Shown: positions 25,196-36,886 of the stretch, piece after piece
How the letters are laid out: each line of letters opens with the position of its first letter
How positions within the stretch are numbered: position 1 is the stretch's first letter
Source of the DNA: Tubiluchus corallicola
Taxonomy: Eukaryota > Animalia > Priapulida
DNA length: 64,000 nt
NCBI GenBank assembly: GCA_030141605.1
Contig: JAQGDQ010000004.1
Location: forward strand, 62,001 to 126,000
Reading direction: 5' to 3'
Position numbers and translations under genes: made by a program
The notes under the pieces: generated by a model
What the model was told of the DNA's origin: nothing
The model's database searches: none
Seen by the model: the letters and a program-made list of their open reading frames with translations, nothing else

Positions 25196-27430
25196 ACTGG
25201 TTTTTGTTATTGATACTTACTGTTGTGATAGCGTTCGAATATAAGTAAGAAAGCCCCGGTATTTTGTTAATAAAATGGTAACTAATTGCATTTTCAAGTG
25301 TGTCGTCATTATAGTATCAAGCATAGTTTGCAGTTGCCTACATGTTCGTTAGGCAAAAGAAGCGTTTACCAGACATCCAGAATACGTAATGTGTTATTGC
25401 GTCCTAGAGATAAAGTTTTGTTTCTACATTGATTTCAGTGTAACCATTTATAAGACCTACCTTATTGCGTTATTTGTTCTGCAGCTATCCTTATTAGTTG
25501 TTTTAAAGCATCCGGGTTCGTAATAACGCATAGTATCGATTTGGAAAATGCGATGTGTACAAGAATTCTCTTGGTCAATGAATAGTCATAGACATTTTCA
25601 TGTCGTTAGGAAATTATGCTTTGAAATTTATTATATGTATAATAGCTTAAACTAAGATCAATTTTTTATTGAATTAATACTTGTTGTCTTTGAGATTTTG
25701 ACAATTTAATCTATAATCTTATGTTATAATATACAAAATTAAACTTGTGAATAAGGAATGTGTGAATAATAAATGCTAGACGTTGTTAAACATTTGCTAA
25801 TAGAGCCGTAGTGCGTTTCCCCAGCGACACGGTTAATAAATTTGTAAATTTTGCAACTTGTTTTGATAATACACGTTTTATAATTTTAATATGAGTGTTC
25901 CGTCCCGCAAATTCGCACCCGAAGAACCAGTTTCGGAGTGCAATGCAGACTCCTCTTTGTACAGCAGACTTAGGCCTACTCAAGGCCCCTTAGCAAAACG
26001 TGGCTCGTGAACGTCACAGTGTCACGTGTTTTAAGGCGGCTATAATAGTGTCCATGTTTTGACTGCATGGAATTGGCGTAACTAATCTCTCTCTGTGTGT
26101 ATCTCACTCTCTTTCTCTCTTTCCTTCTCTCCCTCTAATCCGCCTCTTTTTCTCTATAGATCACCATTCATTTATATCCGTCTATATTCTGCGCCATTAT
26201 CTCATATTCCTCTCTCTTTCTTTCCTAGGATGGTCAAATCGCAATTTTATGAAAGTATCGTTACAGTTCCCTGTGTCGTGCAGCGAGACAAAACGTTTTC
26301 CCTTTCCTTTCAGCACTGCTCTGTTTTGGGATCCTTTTAAATGCCTTAACAAATAAAATAGGAATAAACGTTAATGTGTTCAGATTTTGTAAATTTACAC
26401 ATTTAAGGCTCCACTCCGATAGTGGTGGTGATGATGATGATGCCAAAACTTTTGTCTCTAATCAATGTTGTGTTAAAGTACTGACGCTTTAATAATGCTG
26501 AGGACTGTTATGAATCTTCAGATAATGTGCACAAAATTAAATATTCTGGAAAATTATTCTTTTTATGAAAGGTTCTTTAATTATTTGTACATGTACATCC
26601 ACGAAAGCTGCAGATATGGTTGTAGTAACATTGATGGTATCGACAGCATCAATGGTGGCACTGATGGCAAGGATGTTTCAAAACAAGGGTATCATTTTAA
26701 AACTATCTTGTTAAAAATTTTTGTTAGAGGGCAAGAAGTAAAATGGTAGTTACTGTAAGGACTTTTAGACCGGGTTAATTAATACAGCAAAATTAGTCAA
26801 AACAATTCTCTTTGTAAAAGACATTTTTAATTGTTTGTACATTTATAAAAGATATAAATATTATGACAACTGACAATTTCAGAACAAATATGCACCCATA
26901 ATATTTATCTGCATATAATATATTATCACATAGTGTACTATACTTGATAATAATTATACGAATTTGGCTTGCATTATGGAACTTAGTAGCAGTACTTACA
27001 GCAGAAGTTCAAAGCAGATAGAACGGAACTTCCCCCCACTTTAAAAGAGCAAAAATTTACATGGCGTTTTTCCTATAAGGTTGGCAAGGTCAAGGTAATG
27101 TACTTATTATTTACATTATTGGTTTTTATAAACCTACAGATAAATAATCTGTATTATTGCCGACAGATGTCGCTATGGACATTTTGTTTGCAACAACAAT
27201 TGACTAATCCTTATAACCTTGGAGCTGTATTTACAGTAATGTACAACTGAAATTAGTAAGGCAATTTATACATTATTTATAACATTTTGATATTGTTAAA
27301 CACGTAATTAAAATTATTTAGTTTGAAAAACTTGGGAACGAAAAGCCTAACCGACTGATTCTCAAATGATTTCAGATAAGGGGTAAAAATAAAGTTATGC
27401 AACAGAGAAAAATCTAGACAAACGCCTTGT

Positions 27431-27651
27431 TTATGCTAGCGTGTGTGTATTGGGTGTCTCAATAAAAAATAAGTCAGTGGGCCTAGTATGAGTGTTGATG
27501 ATCACATCATTGACTGCTGCCAGCTTCTCTGTTCGCTTCATTACACGGAGGCGCCATCTGTACCATGCCACAGCAACCAATATGGCAGTGATTATGATGA
27601 ATCCGACTAGACTGATTATAACAAAATCGGCAGTGGTGAAAGTCAAACCAC
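27431..27651 (-). CDS. FN3/ZP-N membrane protein gene, exon 7: TM helix and cytoplasmic tail
   Basis: tttttag acceptor; (G)GLTFTTADFVIISLVGFIIITAILVAVAWYRWRLR...THTLA*; hydrophobic span followed by a basic stop-transfer cluster. Confidence 0.88.
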
Positions 27652-27995
27652 CTAAAAATAATTAAAATAATTAACTAATTGAATATTAATATACAAAACA
27701 AAAAGTCGGTAATCAATTGGCAATTTACATTTCGCGATAATGAAGTTGGCAGTAGATACAGATGTAATGTTCTTAACAAGTTTTTTTGTATTTTGGGAAA
27801 ACTGATCGTATAAATTGATCGAAAACGTGTAATTCAACCTAGAATTGAAACGGAGATTTTGTTTAGGTTGCAATAACTTCATTAGGGTTGTCACTATGAT
27901 TGAATTTGACATAACGTGGACAATATAAAAACAGCTGGTAAATGCAAAATTAATTAATATATTTGATTAATGCAAGCCTCCAAACTTGAACTTAC

Positions 27996-28153
27996 CTTGC
28001 AGATTTTCTTGTTCAATAGCATTTTTGCTAGATTGTAGCAAAGCAGATTTTAACTCTGTTTCGATGTGGTTGTAAGCAGACTGCATTGGTTGTATGATAA
28101 AATTGGATTCATCAATAAATTGTCCGTCCGGCGCAACACCAGTCAGTTCTAAC
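27996..28153 (-). CDS. FN3/ZP-N gene, exon 6: juxtamembrane linker
   Basis: ttacag acceptor and GTAAGT donor; open frame (E)LELTGVAPDGQFIDESNFIIQPMQSAYNHIETELKSALLQSSKNAIEQENLQ; phase 2-1 fits both neighbours. Confidence 0.82.
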
Positions 28154-28789
28154 CTGTAATAATGTTGAGAAGTTTGTTAAGAAACACAAAACTAATGTGC
28201 TCCTGGCAAAGTCTGAGGCGTTTCCAATCGATGGCGCACATTTCCAACCAAAAATGATCCTGTCAAAGTCATTCGTAACTTACCACCGCTGCTCAGGCTA
28301 AACCTAAAGGTTTGATTTTTTTGCTTTGCTTCCCGCTAAAGCAAAACAACCTGACTCCAGATTTATAGCATTTAGTCAATTAGAATATTAATTATTTAAA
28401 CAAGTCTAATTAATTAACTATTTCATTAACAAAGACATTGTTACAATTGTTTTTGAACCAAAATGTATATCTTAACTAACCATTCTACTAAATTTCAATT
28501 CAACTGAGTTGGAGTTGAAAAAAGTGTGTTGAACGTGAGTGAATCATCGAATTTTTTTGTAGAACCCATCGATCGCTCGAGAAGTTATACTAGCTTGATT
28601 CAGTTTATCACCGGTCTGGTTCAATAATAACTCTACTAGCTGGCGCTAGAGATAATATAAATTTTGTTTGAATGGTATTTATTATGGTAGATACTATGGT
28701 AGTTAGAAATGCTTTATTGGTCGTAATGTGAAAATACAAAATAACATCGAACTCAGTCTACCGCATCGTATGATAATTAATTGTAATAA

Positions 28790-28791
28790 TG

Positions 28792-28848
<57 letters not shown>
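28790..28848. repeat. (TA)n microsatellite
   Basis: Directly visible. Confidence 0.97.
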
Positions 28849-28852
<4 letters not shown>

Positions 28853-28936
28853 ATTATGCTATATCACATAATTTTAATTATGATAATTTATGCGTATCGA
28901 CTGACACTAGTTGCGCTCAATGGTAGGCAAACTTAC

Positions 28937-29064
28937 TCTGCTGTGAGAACTTTTTTCTCTTCATTTGGTGGGTATTCGCATGTTATGAGGAGTGCTGTGT
29001 CTTCTGCAGTGGTGATGCGAGGGTCCTCTTGCGTAATTAGTACCGCTTCCCAGGTGAAATTCGA
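28937..29064 (-). CDS. FN3/ZP-N gene, exon 5: C-terminal half of ZP-N
   Basis: attttag acceptor and GTAAGT donor; SNFTWEAVLITQEDPRITTAEDTALLITCEYPPNEEKKVLTA matches the cuticlin/dusky ZP-N pattern Q-x-x-P-x-x-x-T-x-x-D...C-x-Y; phase 0-2. Confidence 0.9.
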
Positions 29065-29499
29065 CTAAAATAATGAAAAACAACTAGTGTGCTGAATATG
29101 GCATTTTTCAGATTTAAACTTCGAGATTTTCCTTTTTAAGTGAGTTAGTCATAAGCACCAAATTTTGTTAAACATATTAAGACGCACAAGTTTTGTCAAA
29201 TGCCTGAAGATGTACACACCTCGTCCGGTTTGTGCAGGAATATCGGAGAGAGTGTGTCAATTAAAATAATAATAAAACAGGATAATATTAAAATAAAATA
29301 ATAAAATAGGCTGGCCTTCCCCAATAATTGGATCAAATAATCTAATAAACTACTGCCGCACGAACTTCATGTACGCATGCGCCATTTAGAATAAAACAAT
29401 TTTAACAAAAGTTTAAATTTTCACAAAATTTCTATCTGTGTTACTGTTCCACAACTGTTTCATTTATTTTCCGTCATTTCGACATATTTCGACAAGCAC

Positions 29500-30030
29500 T
29501 CTAATTTTGCACGACTTTTAACGATTCCACTTTTACCCTTAAGGCTACTATAACATTTCTGTTGGCTTTACTCGACTTCCTACGGTTTTACAGTTTGTTC
29601 AATGGCTTCCATCGCACTTACATGGTTTTTGTAAATAATAGGATAATTACTGTATTTGTTTGATGGGTTTAAAAAATTTAACACCTTGCCAACACTATCC
29701 TATCTTGTAGTGAAAGCAATGAAACTTTCAAGCCACTTGATGATTCCATAAAATCACCAAGTTGTGAAAATCATCAAGTGGTGGTGGTGATGGTGGTGGT
29801 GAAGTTGCAGAAAATGTATGGCCATCAGAAAATGAGTGAAACCACCACAAGATGTGAAGCCATCAGACGATATGTGATGCCATTAAAAGATGTGTTAAGT
29901 CATCACAGGATGTGCGCTACCATTAGAAGACGTGTGAAGTCAGTAGAAGGTTTGCAATCCGACACAGGGAGCCTGTAAAACTAACCATAGAAGTATCACT
30001 ATTTCCCCAAACATTGTTAGAAGACGTGAA
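29500..30030. repeat. Degenerate about 20-bp minisatellite (GATGTGAAGCCATCAGAA-like) with weaker inverted copies upstream
   Basis: About 7 diverged units at 29812..29950; reverse-complement-like units at about 29555..29630. Confidence 0.55.
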
Positions 30031-30050
30031 TTTTCTTAAAAAATATTTAC

Positions 30051-30235
30051 TTTGTCATAAGCACATTTGCTGATATCAATATCAACAACAAACAGTCCGT
30101 CGCCTGCTGGATTGGGTCCACGAACTACGCAGTCATCGTAATGCGTGTCAACATAAATGACACCTTGAAAAGCCTCACCCGTGTGAACGAATACCCGCAT
30201 AAACTCAGGCTTGCATTCCAAATCACTCACTGTCA
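30051..30235 (-). CDS. FN3/ZP-N gene, exon 4: N-terminal half of ZP-N
   Basis: ttacag acceptor and GTAAAT donor; VTVSDLECKPEFMRVFVHTGEAFQGVIYVDTHYDDC...IDISKCAYDK has the C-x4-M-x-V...F-x-G-x-I-Y...C...C pattern of invertebrate ZP-N; phase 1-0. Confidence 0.92.
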
Positions 30236-31297
30236 CTGTAATATAAAGAAAAGACACCTATGAATTATCTCTATTTTTTAACAAATCAATGTAAGCATGA
30301 TAAATCTTGCATCAATTACAACCATAATTTTGATTTATGGCGTTCGTTGTAAGTCCGATAACACATAGAAGGTTTGTCAAAATTTTGAGACAAACTACAT
30401 CCAACTGAAGTGAACGATTGTGCTAAAACTTTACAGTTACTTCTAACCCGAAATTTCAATTCAAAAGTAATAGATAGAGGTTGGGGAGAAGATATAAATT
30501 AAGATTATTACGTACCATTGATATATAACATATAAATGTTACGAGTTATTTTACTGAGTTCTCATTCTCACCTTTGTGAGTGATATGTTGAAATCATTTC
30601 CATTGCAAAATTAATTTGAATTCTGTAATTGCGACGTTTATTAAATTATTTTACTAGTGTTGATATTTTGTGTCAGCCACGATCTGGGAAGTTACGGGTA
30701 AACTTTACTAAACGCACTGCTTGTTTTTTTGCGGAAGTCATTTAAGCGCTCCATGAATGAGGGCGTAGAGCATGAATAACTGTGCGCCTAATGTAACTGT
30801 AAATAACATATCTAAAAGCAGCAGACCTAAATGTTATACAATAGGTCATCCATCTATTGTAGAACAGCAATATTTTGCAAAAGTAGTGGTACTATTGCAA
30901 AATTTTGCGAAAGCATTATTACTAAGCCGAAACTGTCAAGAGTAGAGTAAAATGCCTATAGTCGCGAGTCACATCTATTTGAATCTGTGAACAAAAAGAA
31001 CATTTAGTGCTGATGATGATGATGATGCTTTATCCACGCTTGTTTCTACGGTGCCATGCAGTTTTTTAATTTTCCCATTATTTTGATAATGAAATTCACT
31101 CAAGTTTGTCAATAAAAATACTGGCTTAAAATAAGTGTACGGGCGCAACCCATTAAAGCACACGATTCCCAAATAAATTTATCGACAGTAATCTTGCACT
31201 TAAACTCTGCAAACAGTTTTTCCAGATATTGAAACACTCAATGAGTCATTTACATAAGCCGATACAATGAGTTTTGATAAGAAAGCTAATTGGTCAA

Positions 31298-31341
31298 AAT
31301 TTAAGCAACTCCGAGCTTGGTCAGTAAATAAATGGATGACC
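31298..31341 (+). mobile_element. Second 5S rRNA-derived relic
   Basis: AATTTAAGCAACTCCGAGCTTGGTCAGTAAATAAATGGATGACC gives 29/44 ungapped identity (manual count) to the 5S A-box/IE/C-box region. Confidence 0.4.
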
Positions 31342-31636
31342 ACGATTTCTAGAAATGCTGCTTGTGAGCGATTTATCTTCCATTCTGCCGTGACTATTTA
31401 CCTCGTTGAGGGAGGATATACTTCCATGCTTATTAGCCTAAATCCGATCCTGCCACAAGGTTTGCAGGGTACGCAACTGTAATCAGGGTACGAAACAGAA
31501 CGATGATTATTTTCTAATAACTATCTAAAATGCCAGAGAAGATGAAAATTTTGAGAAATGTTGCTCACAGAGAGCTTAAGACACAAAAAATTCACGCGTA
31601 CTTACTATGCAATCAGCGAAACAAAAGTCTACTCAC

Positions 31637-31729
31637 CTGGCGACGTTTCTGTAAAAAGTACAGCTTTTCTCGTAGGCTCATCAATGGAGATAACTTCGAT
31701 TGCATACTTGGTTTTTGGAAAGAGATGCT
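31637..31729 (-). CDS. FN3/ZP-N gene, exon 3: C-terminal half of FN3
   Basis: ttttttcag acceptor and GTGAGT donor; EHLFPKTKYAIEVISIDEPTRKAVLFTETSP contains the FN3 tyrosine-corner motif L-x-P-x-T-x-Y-x-I-x-V; phase 1-1. Confidence 0.9.
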
Positions 31730-32110
31730 CTGAAAAAAAGCACATTAAATCTTATCGGCAACAGTTCCTATTAAAAAGTTTGTTTTGTTGTGCTGCTGTA
31801 CAGACCAAAAAAACCGGTATTTGTTACGACGCAAATAAGTTAATTTTGCTCTGCTAAATACATTACTTAAAAACTGTGAGCTTATGTCCAACCTAATCGA
31901 ATGGCCTCGCAAAAGCTGTTTGTTTTCGACTATTTTACAGTCTCATAATAATGTACTACAAGTATTGTAAACAAATTATTCACTACCTAAATTTTCCGAC
32001 AGCTTGAACATTCTTTTAAGTCATATAATCATAATTAAATTCTCCAAAGGTTTTATAGCAAAAACTTAACGTTGGTTGAATGATATGATATCCCTTATAT
32101 TAATATTCTT

Positions 32111-32112
<2 letters not shown>

Positions 32113-32183
<71 letters not shown>
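32113..32183. repeat. (TA)n microsatellite
   Basis: Directly visible. Confidence 0.97.
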
Positions 32184-32186
<3 letters not shown>

Positions 32187-32425
32187 ATTCGAGGCTACAG
32201 CCTGGACGAGGGCACCATTTGGGGCGATCTATATATCAAACAAAAGGTCTCGATCTAGTGTCGTGCCATTGATGGTTTATTTTTCGAATTGAGCCCACCG
32301 GAAGGAAGGGGGGGGGGGCGAAAAACCTCCAAAAATGGCCCTTTTTCGGCCGTTTTTTGCAAAAGATATACAGCTGAGATGTAGAGAACGGGAACGGGCC
32401 GAGGGGGGTACTGGGTATGGATTTT
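32184..32425. mobile_element. GC- and CpG-rich insert abutting (TA)n, probable young non-autonomous transposon fragment
   Basis: Sharp compositional shift from the AT-rich intron, starting right at the TA run; no ORF; family unknown. Confidence 0.4.
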
Positions 32426-33201
32426 TAATTAATGTGCTTAAAACGTCGTTATAAGGAACGTTATAACAGTGCTATAGGGGAAAAAACTTGCATGTTTCCA
32501 TCATATCCCATTCCAAGCAGTCTTTAGCGCCTACATACCTATCTTTAATGAGATTTAAAGATTATTTTACACATTTGACGTATACATACAACATACAGCT
32601 AATTCTTAGAACAAAAATCACACATTACTAGTTAATTTTGATGTCACTCGCTCAATCACTCTCTTTGCTTGTTTAGTTTTGATTAAACATAGTGTTGATT
32701 TTGATATCCGCATTTCCCGAAAGGTCACTTGTTTTTGCAAAAGGCGGGAATCCATGCTTTTAATTTGATAACGTCTTCCAGGCGAAAAGAAACAGAGATG
32801 AAATTTTGAAACAAACAGTTAAGTGGACAAAATATTAAAAAAGTTAATGTAACATAGGAGACAAATCATAGAGCAGTAAGCTACCTTTTTTTATGAATTT
32901 GTCGCGCTGCGTTGAGCATGTTCACATACACGATTCAAAAATAATCATGGCGGTTCGCTATCTCATTCTAGAGGATTACCTTGATAACAAGCAATGTCTG
33001 TGGTTCAGCCACAACAACCAGTTTAATAAGTGGACCCCGTCATTGATGATTGAGTGCTCCCACCAGGGGAGTGTACCGAGCTATATAAAAATAGATCAGT
33101 TGTGCTTACGAAGATGTCTTATTTTTTGCATATATAAAATTCTGGCATTCTGGCGAAAGGAGCTCCTACCTGATACATTTTTGTGCACGCAAGATTCTTA
33201 C

Positions 33202-33363
33202 CCAGATTCGCGAACAATTCGTTTGTAGAAAAATTAATGGTAAGCCTTCGTTCTGCAACTGGGTAGTATTGAACAATGAATCCCTGTGAACACTCTCCTT
33301 CACATTCCCAAGTCACCCTGGCAGTTCTCACGTCAGCATTGCCTCTCAATTGGATTATCTCTC
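33202..33363 (-). CDS. FN3/ZP-N gene, exon 2: N-terminal half of FN3
   Basis: ttttattcag acceptor and GTAAGA donor; GEIIQLRGNADVRTARVTWECEGECSQGFIVQYYPVAERRLTINFSTNELFANL has the FN3 B-strand V-x-W and C-strand F-x-V-x-Y; phase 1-1. Confidence 0.9.
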
Positions 33364-36300
33364 CTGAATAAAACGAAAATAATTTAGACTTGTATTAAGA
33401 GAGCTGTTCCGTCAAGTTAGAAAATAATTTTCAGAAAATATGCTTGGTTATACTACAAGGGAAAATTCGAAACTTTAAGTAATTCGTCTATACGATTCAA
33501 ACCCATGATGGGCACATTATATATACATTACATGTTTCATACTTTAAGTAGTAATCATAGACTGACTTGCAACTGTGCAATTAGGATACTTATGTAAACC
33601 CATTTCAAACCTCCTCGGTTCCCTTAAAAAACGGAGTGCTCAAATAATCAAGCCATTTTAAACTATTGAGCTCTTATATGGCAGATCATAACTGGGCCTA
33701 CTTTTCACACACTGCATAATACATTATTATAATAGACGATTGGTAAATTTTACAATTGCAATTCTAAAACTAGTTTTGTGATCCCCAAAATGATTACACA
33801 CAACTCTGGGCTGCGTAAATACTTAGTTTATCACGAAGGCCTGTTGTAATCCTATTTTATTTTTTCTCTGTTTTCCAAAAATTCGTGTTCTCTTGGGCAT
33901 AAAATCATTTGGGAAACTTGAGAAAGTATCATTTCAATGTATCATCCGTATTACATCATCGAGCAGTAATAATTTAAATTAATACCTATTGCCCATATTT
34001 TGCACGCCAGTATTTTGTTGCTAGCATTTTCGAACTCATGACGATTGCGTACAGAAAATGCACACTGTTGCTTCAATAGCACTATCTTTTTTAAAGTGTT
34101 TGTTGAAGGTGCATGTGAAATTGCTCACTGATTACCAATGCTTGATTAACAAACCCGTTGATTTCAAGATAAACTCCGAGGCAGCCAAGCTGCGCTTCCT
34201 GCCAACAAAGTTCAGTTCTACTCGAAGTCAAAGGAACCTGCCAATTATGTGGTGGGTACCAAAAGATAATAATCTCTATTATAAGGCTACTACTACCAAA
34301 AGCAAACTCCTGTTCAGGATGGGGCAGTTTAAAGCATTGTTAAACAGAGGCAGGTACACAAACAATGTTTACTAATGACATAGCTGTAATGTTTCACCAT
34401 TGAATATAAAAACAGTGATGAGGAGGCTTAGGCCACTGCCCCCAAGGCTGTCCAAATTCAAATATTTTACTGTTTGTTTGCTTCCTACTGATCATGTATT
34501 TGTGCGTTTAGGTTAAATAATTGCTCATTTAACAACAAAACAACCTTTCATATGTCTCTTTGTTTTTTTGCGACACGCCGCCGAATAAATTTTATAAGAA
34601 GTTAAAAATGAACATCTGCACTAGTTGTAGGGATGTATGCTGGAAGCATACTCGAATTTATATTCGATGAATTCTTTATTTAAACAACAATAGACTTATC
34701 ATCAGAAAATCTGCACTTAACAAATAAAAGAAATCAATCTTGGCTGTGGAGAAGTAAGTGTAAAGAAGTCGGGACAGAACCTGGATTTACAGCTTATTAA
34801 TGTGTGAACTATAAGACCTGAATTAAATCATGTCATATTAAACTACTATTCAAAAAGTCCTTGGTTTAAGTTCAGGGTAAGTCACAAGTTTTTCACATTT
34901 CCTTCTTTGCAGCGCATTTGATTTAAAAAATTGTCAATCATGAGTTCAACTCATTTTTACTGATAGGCATTTGTATAAAATCTGTGTAAAGTAAATAAGG
35001 CAAAACTTGGTATATAAATGTTTCCATATAATTGTAATATGGAATAAATTCACAAACTGTTTTTAATAAATGAAAAAACAAATTTAATGTTCATTTTTAG
35101 TGAACATAAATAGTGCACATAACACTCGTATTAATTTTCTGAAAATGTTTTACAGCAATGACATTAAGTTGCAAACAGTTTTACATTGCAAGTTATTGAA
35201 AAGAAGGATGAACATAGAGTTTGCTCGTATATGTTATACTTTAAATTATATCCGTTCATCGTTTTGGCAAAACAATTTTAAATAATTTAACAATACTAGT
35301 TCACATGGGCGTTGAGTCATAGCTGATTCAATTACTGATACACACCGAAGTAACAAATAAGTGCTCAACAAACGTTAGTAAGTGAAAGCAAAAAACCTTG
35401 GTAAACAGTTGCGTACCTTTTCTTTGCAACGGTAAACAAACAGGTACGAAAAAGTGCTCCCCCCAACCGTGACACATGATAGTAAGTTATTGCTTGAACA
35501 AAATTGAATTAGTTTCACACAATAAACAAACTATTTACACTCACGTGAGACCGTGTGGAGAAGGACAACTACTTCAACTGGTGTCCAAAGAACCCAAGCG
35601 GGGTATAAAGTGGTTTTAGCGCAAAGGTTACTAGTATCGGTAACATCAAACTGAGCGAGTGTACCATTTGTTAAAATTCACAACAGTTTATTTAACTTGG
35701 GTAGTGAATGCCTATCTACTGGTCTCATAAATCTCAAAATCTCGCGTACTTTCAAATTGGGGTTTTCCGGTCCATTGCAAAGGTCAACTACACGATTGTG
35801 TAGTATAGGTTTTGGAAGTCAAATGTTGCAAAAACGCACATAGAGCAACATAGAAAGGGATTCTGGAACATGTTGATAAATGTCAGGAAATATTAGGGAA
35901 AAGTCTTGAAAATGTACATCTAGGACAACACAGATAGCGAACTGGTGACGAAAAAAATGCGCAAAAAGTAATACATGTAGGGATTTACAACATTACAACT
36001 AAAAAAATACTAGCAGTTTGCCGCTCTTTAGTGCCGCTTTACTAACATCTATTTTCTTGAAGGTTCTCAGTCGTTTACAAACTGCTTTTGAATTTTGGTA
36101 GCTGCATTTTTGCCCAAAGTTTGTAGATAGCCAATACAGTCATGTAGTTTTTAGAAAAAGAAATATACATGTATTTGCTAGCAGCTCTTACAAATTTTTG
36201 TTATTTAAAAAATGCTAAGAAAGTACATATTTAACAAAGCGAGAGTTCCACTGATACCAGTCTTACATTTCAGTATAACAGGCATCTGCTAAGATCAAGA

Positions 36301-36534
36301 GATTTTAATTAATTCTTTATAAGCCGGCTCATATGTAGGTCACTGTTGTAGAAGATATCTGTTAAGAGGCCGTTAATGTGCACAGGCATTTTGTTAAGCC
36401 AAGGATATAGAAAATCAACGAAATTCTTAACGGTTGCTTCTTAAATGTTGCAACAGAAAACAAGCTAAAAATTAAAAACAACATGAAATTTCTGAATGAT
36501 GGAACTTCGTGAAGGATCTTACAAATCTACAACG

Positions 36535-36886
36535 AATTAAATTTTGAAATCAAACTTGAAAAAAGGAAATGTGACATACCTGGTAGTTAGAATACACTTT
36601 GGTATTGAACCACGTTTCTGCTTAACCGGTGGACACCATAACCGCTAGAATACCGTGTCCCCTCGTGATAATGGCAGACCAATGTTTATCTCTAACAGCT
36701 GGCCAGACACTTCTGCATTTCAAGTATTAGATTTCTCACGTTGGCGTGATTCTAACTAATTGGCTTGATTTTAATTTTGATTAATTTTGATTAATTTGTA
36801 ATTAACTTCAAGACTATCATTAATTATGATAGAAACACAATAGTTAATTAAATTTTGAAATCAAACTTGAAAAACAGGAAATGTGA
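36535..36886 (+). repeat. About 40-bp near-perfect direct repeat (36535..36574 and 36846..36886)
   Basis: AATTAAATTTTGAAATCAAACTTGAAAAA(C)AGGAAATGTGA occurs twice, differing by one inserted base. Confidence 0.9.

Noticed and set aside
29812-29950. Periodic repeats considered as a CRISPR array
   Set aside because: Units are adjacent and degenerate with no unique spacers; eukaryotic intron; no cas genes.
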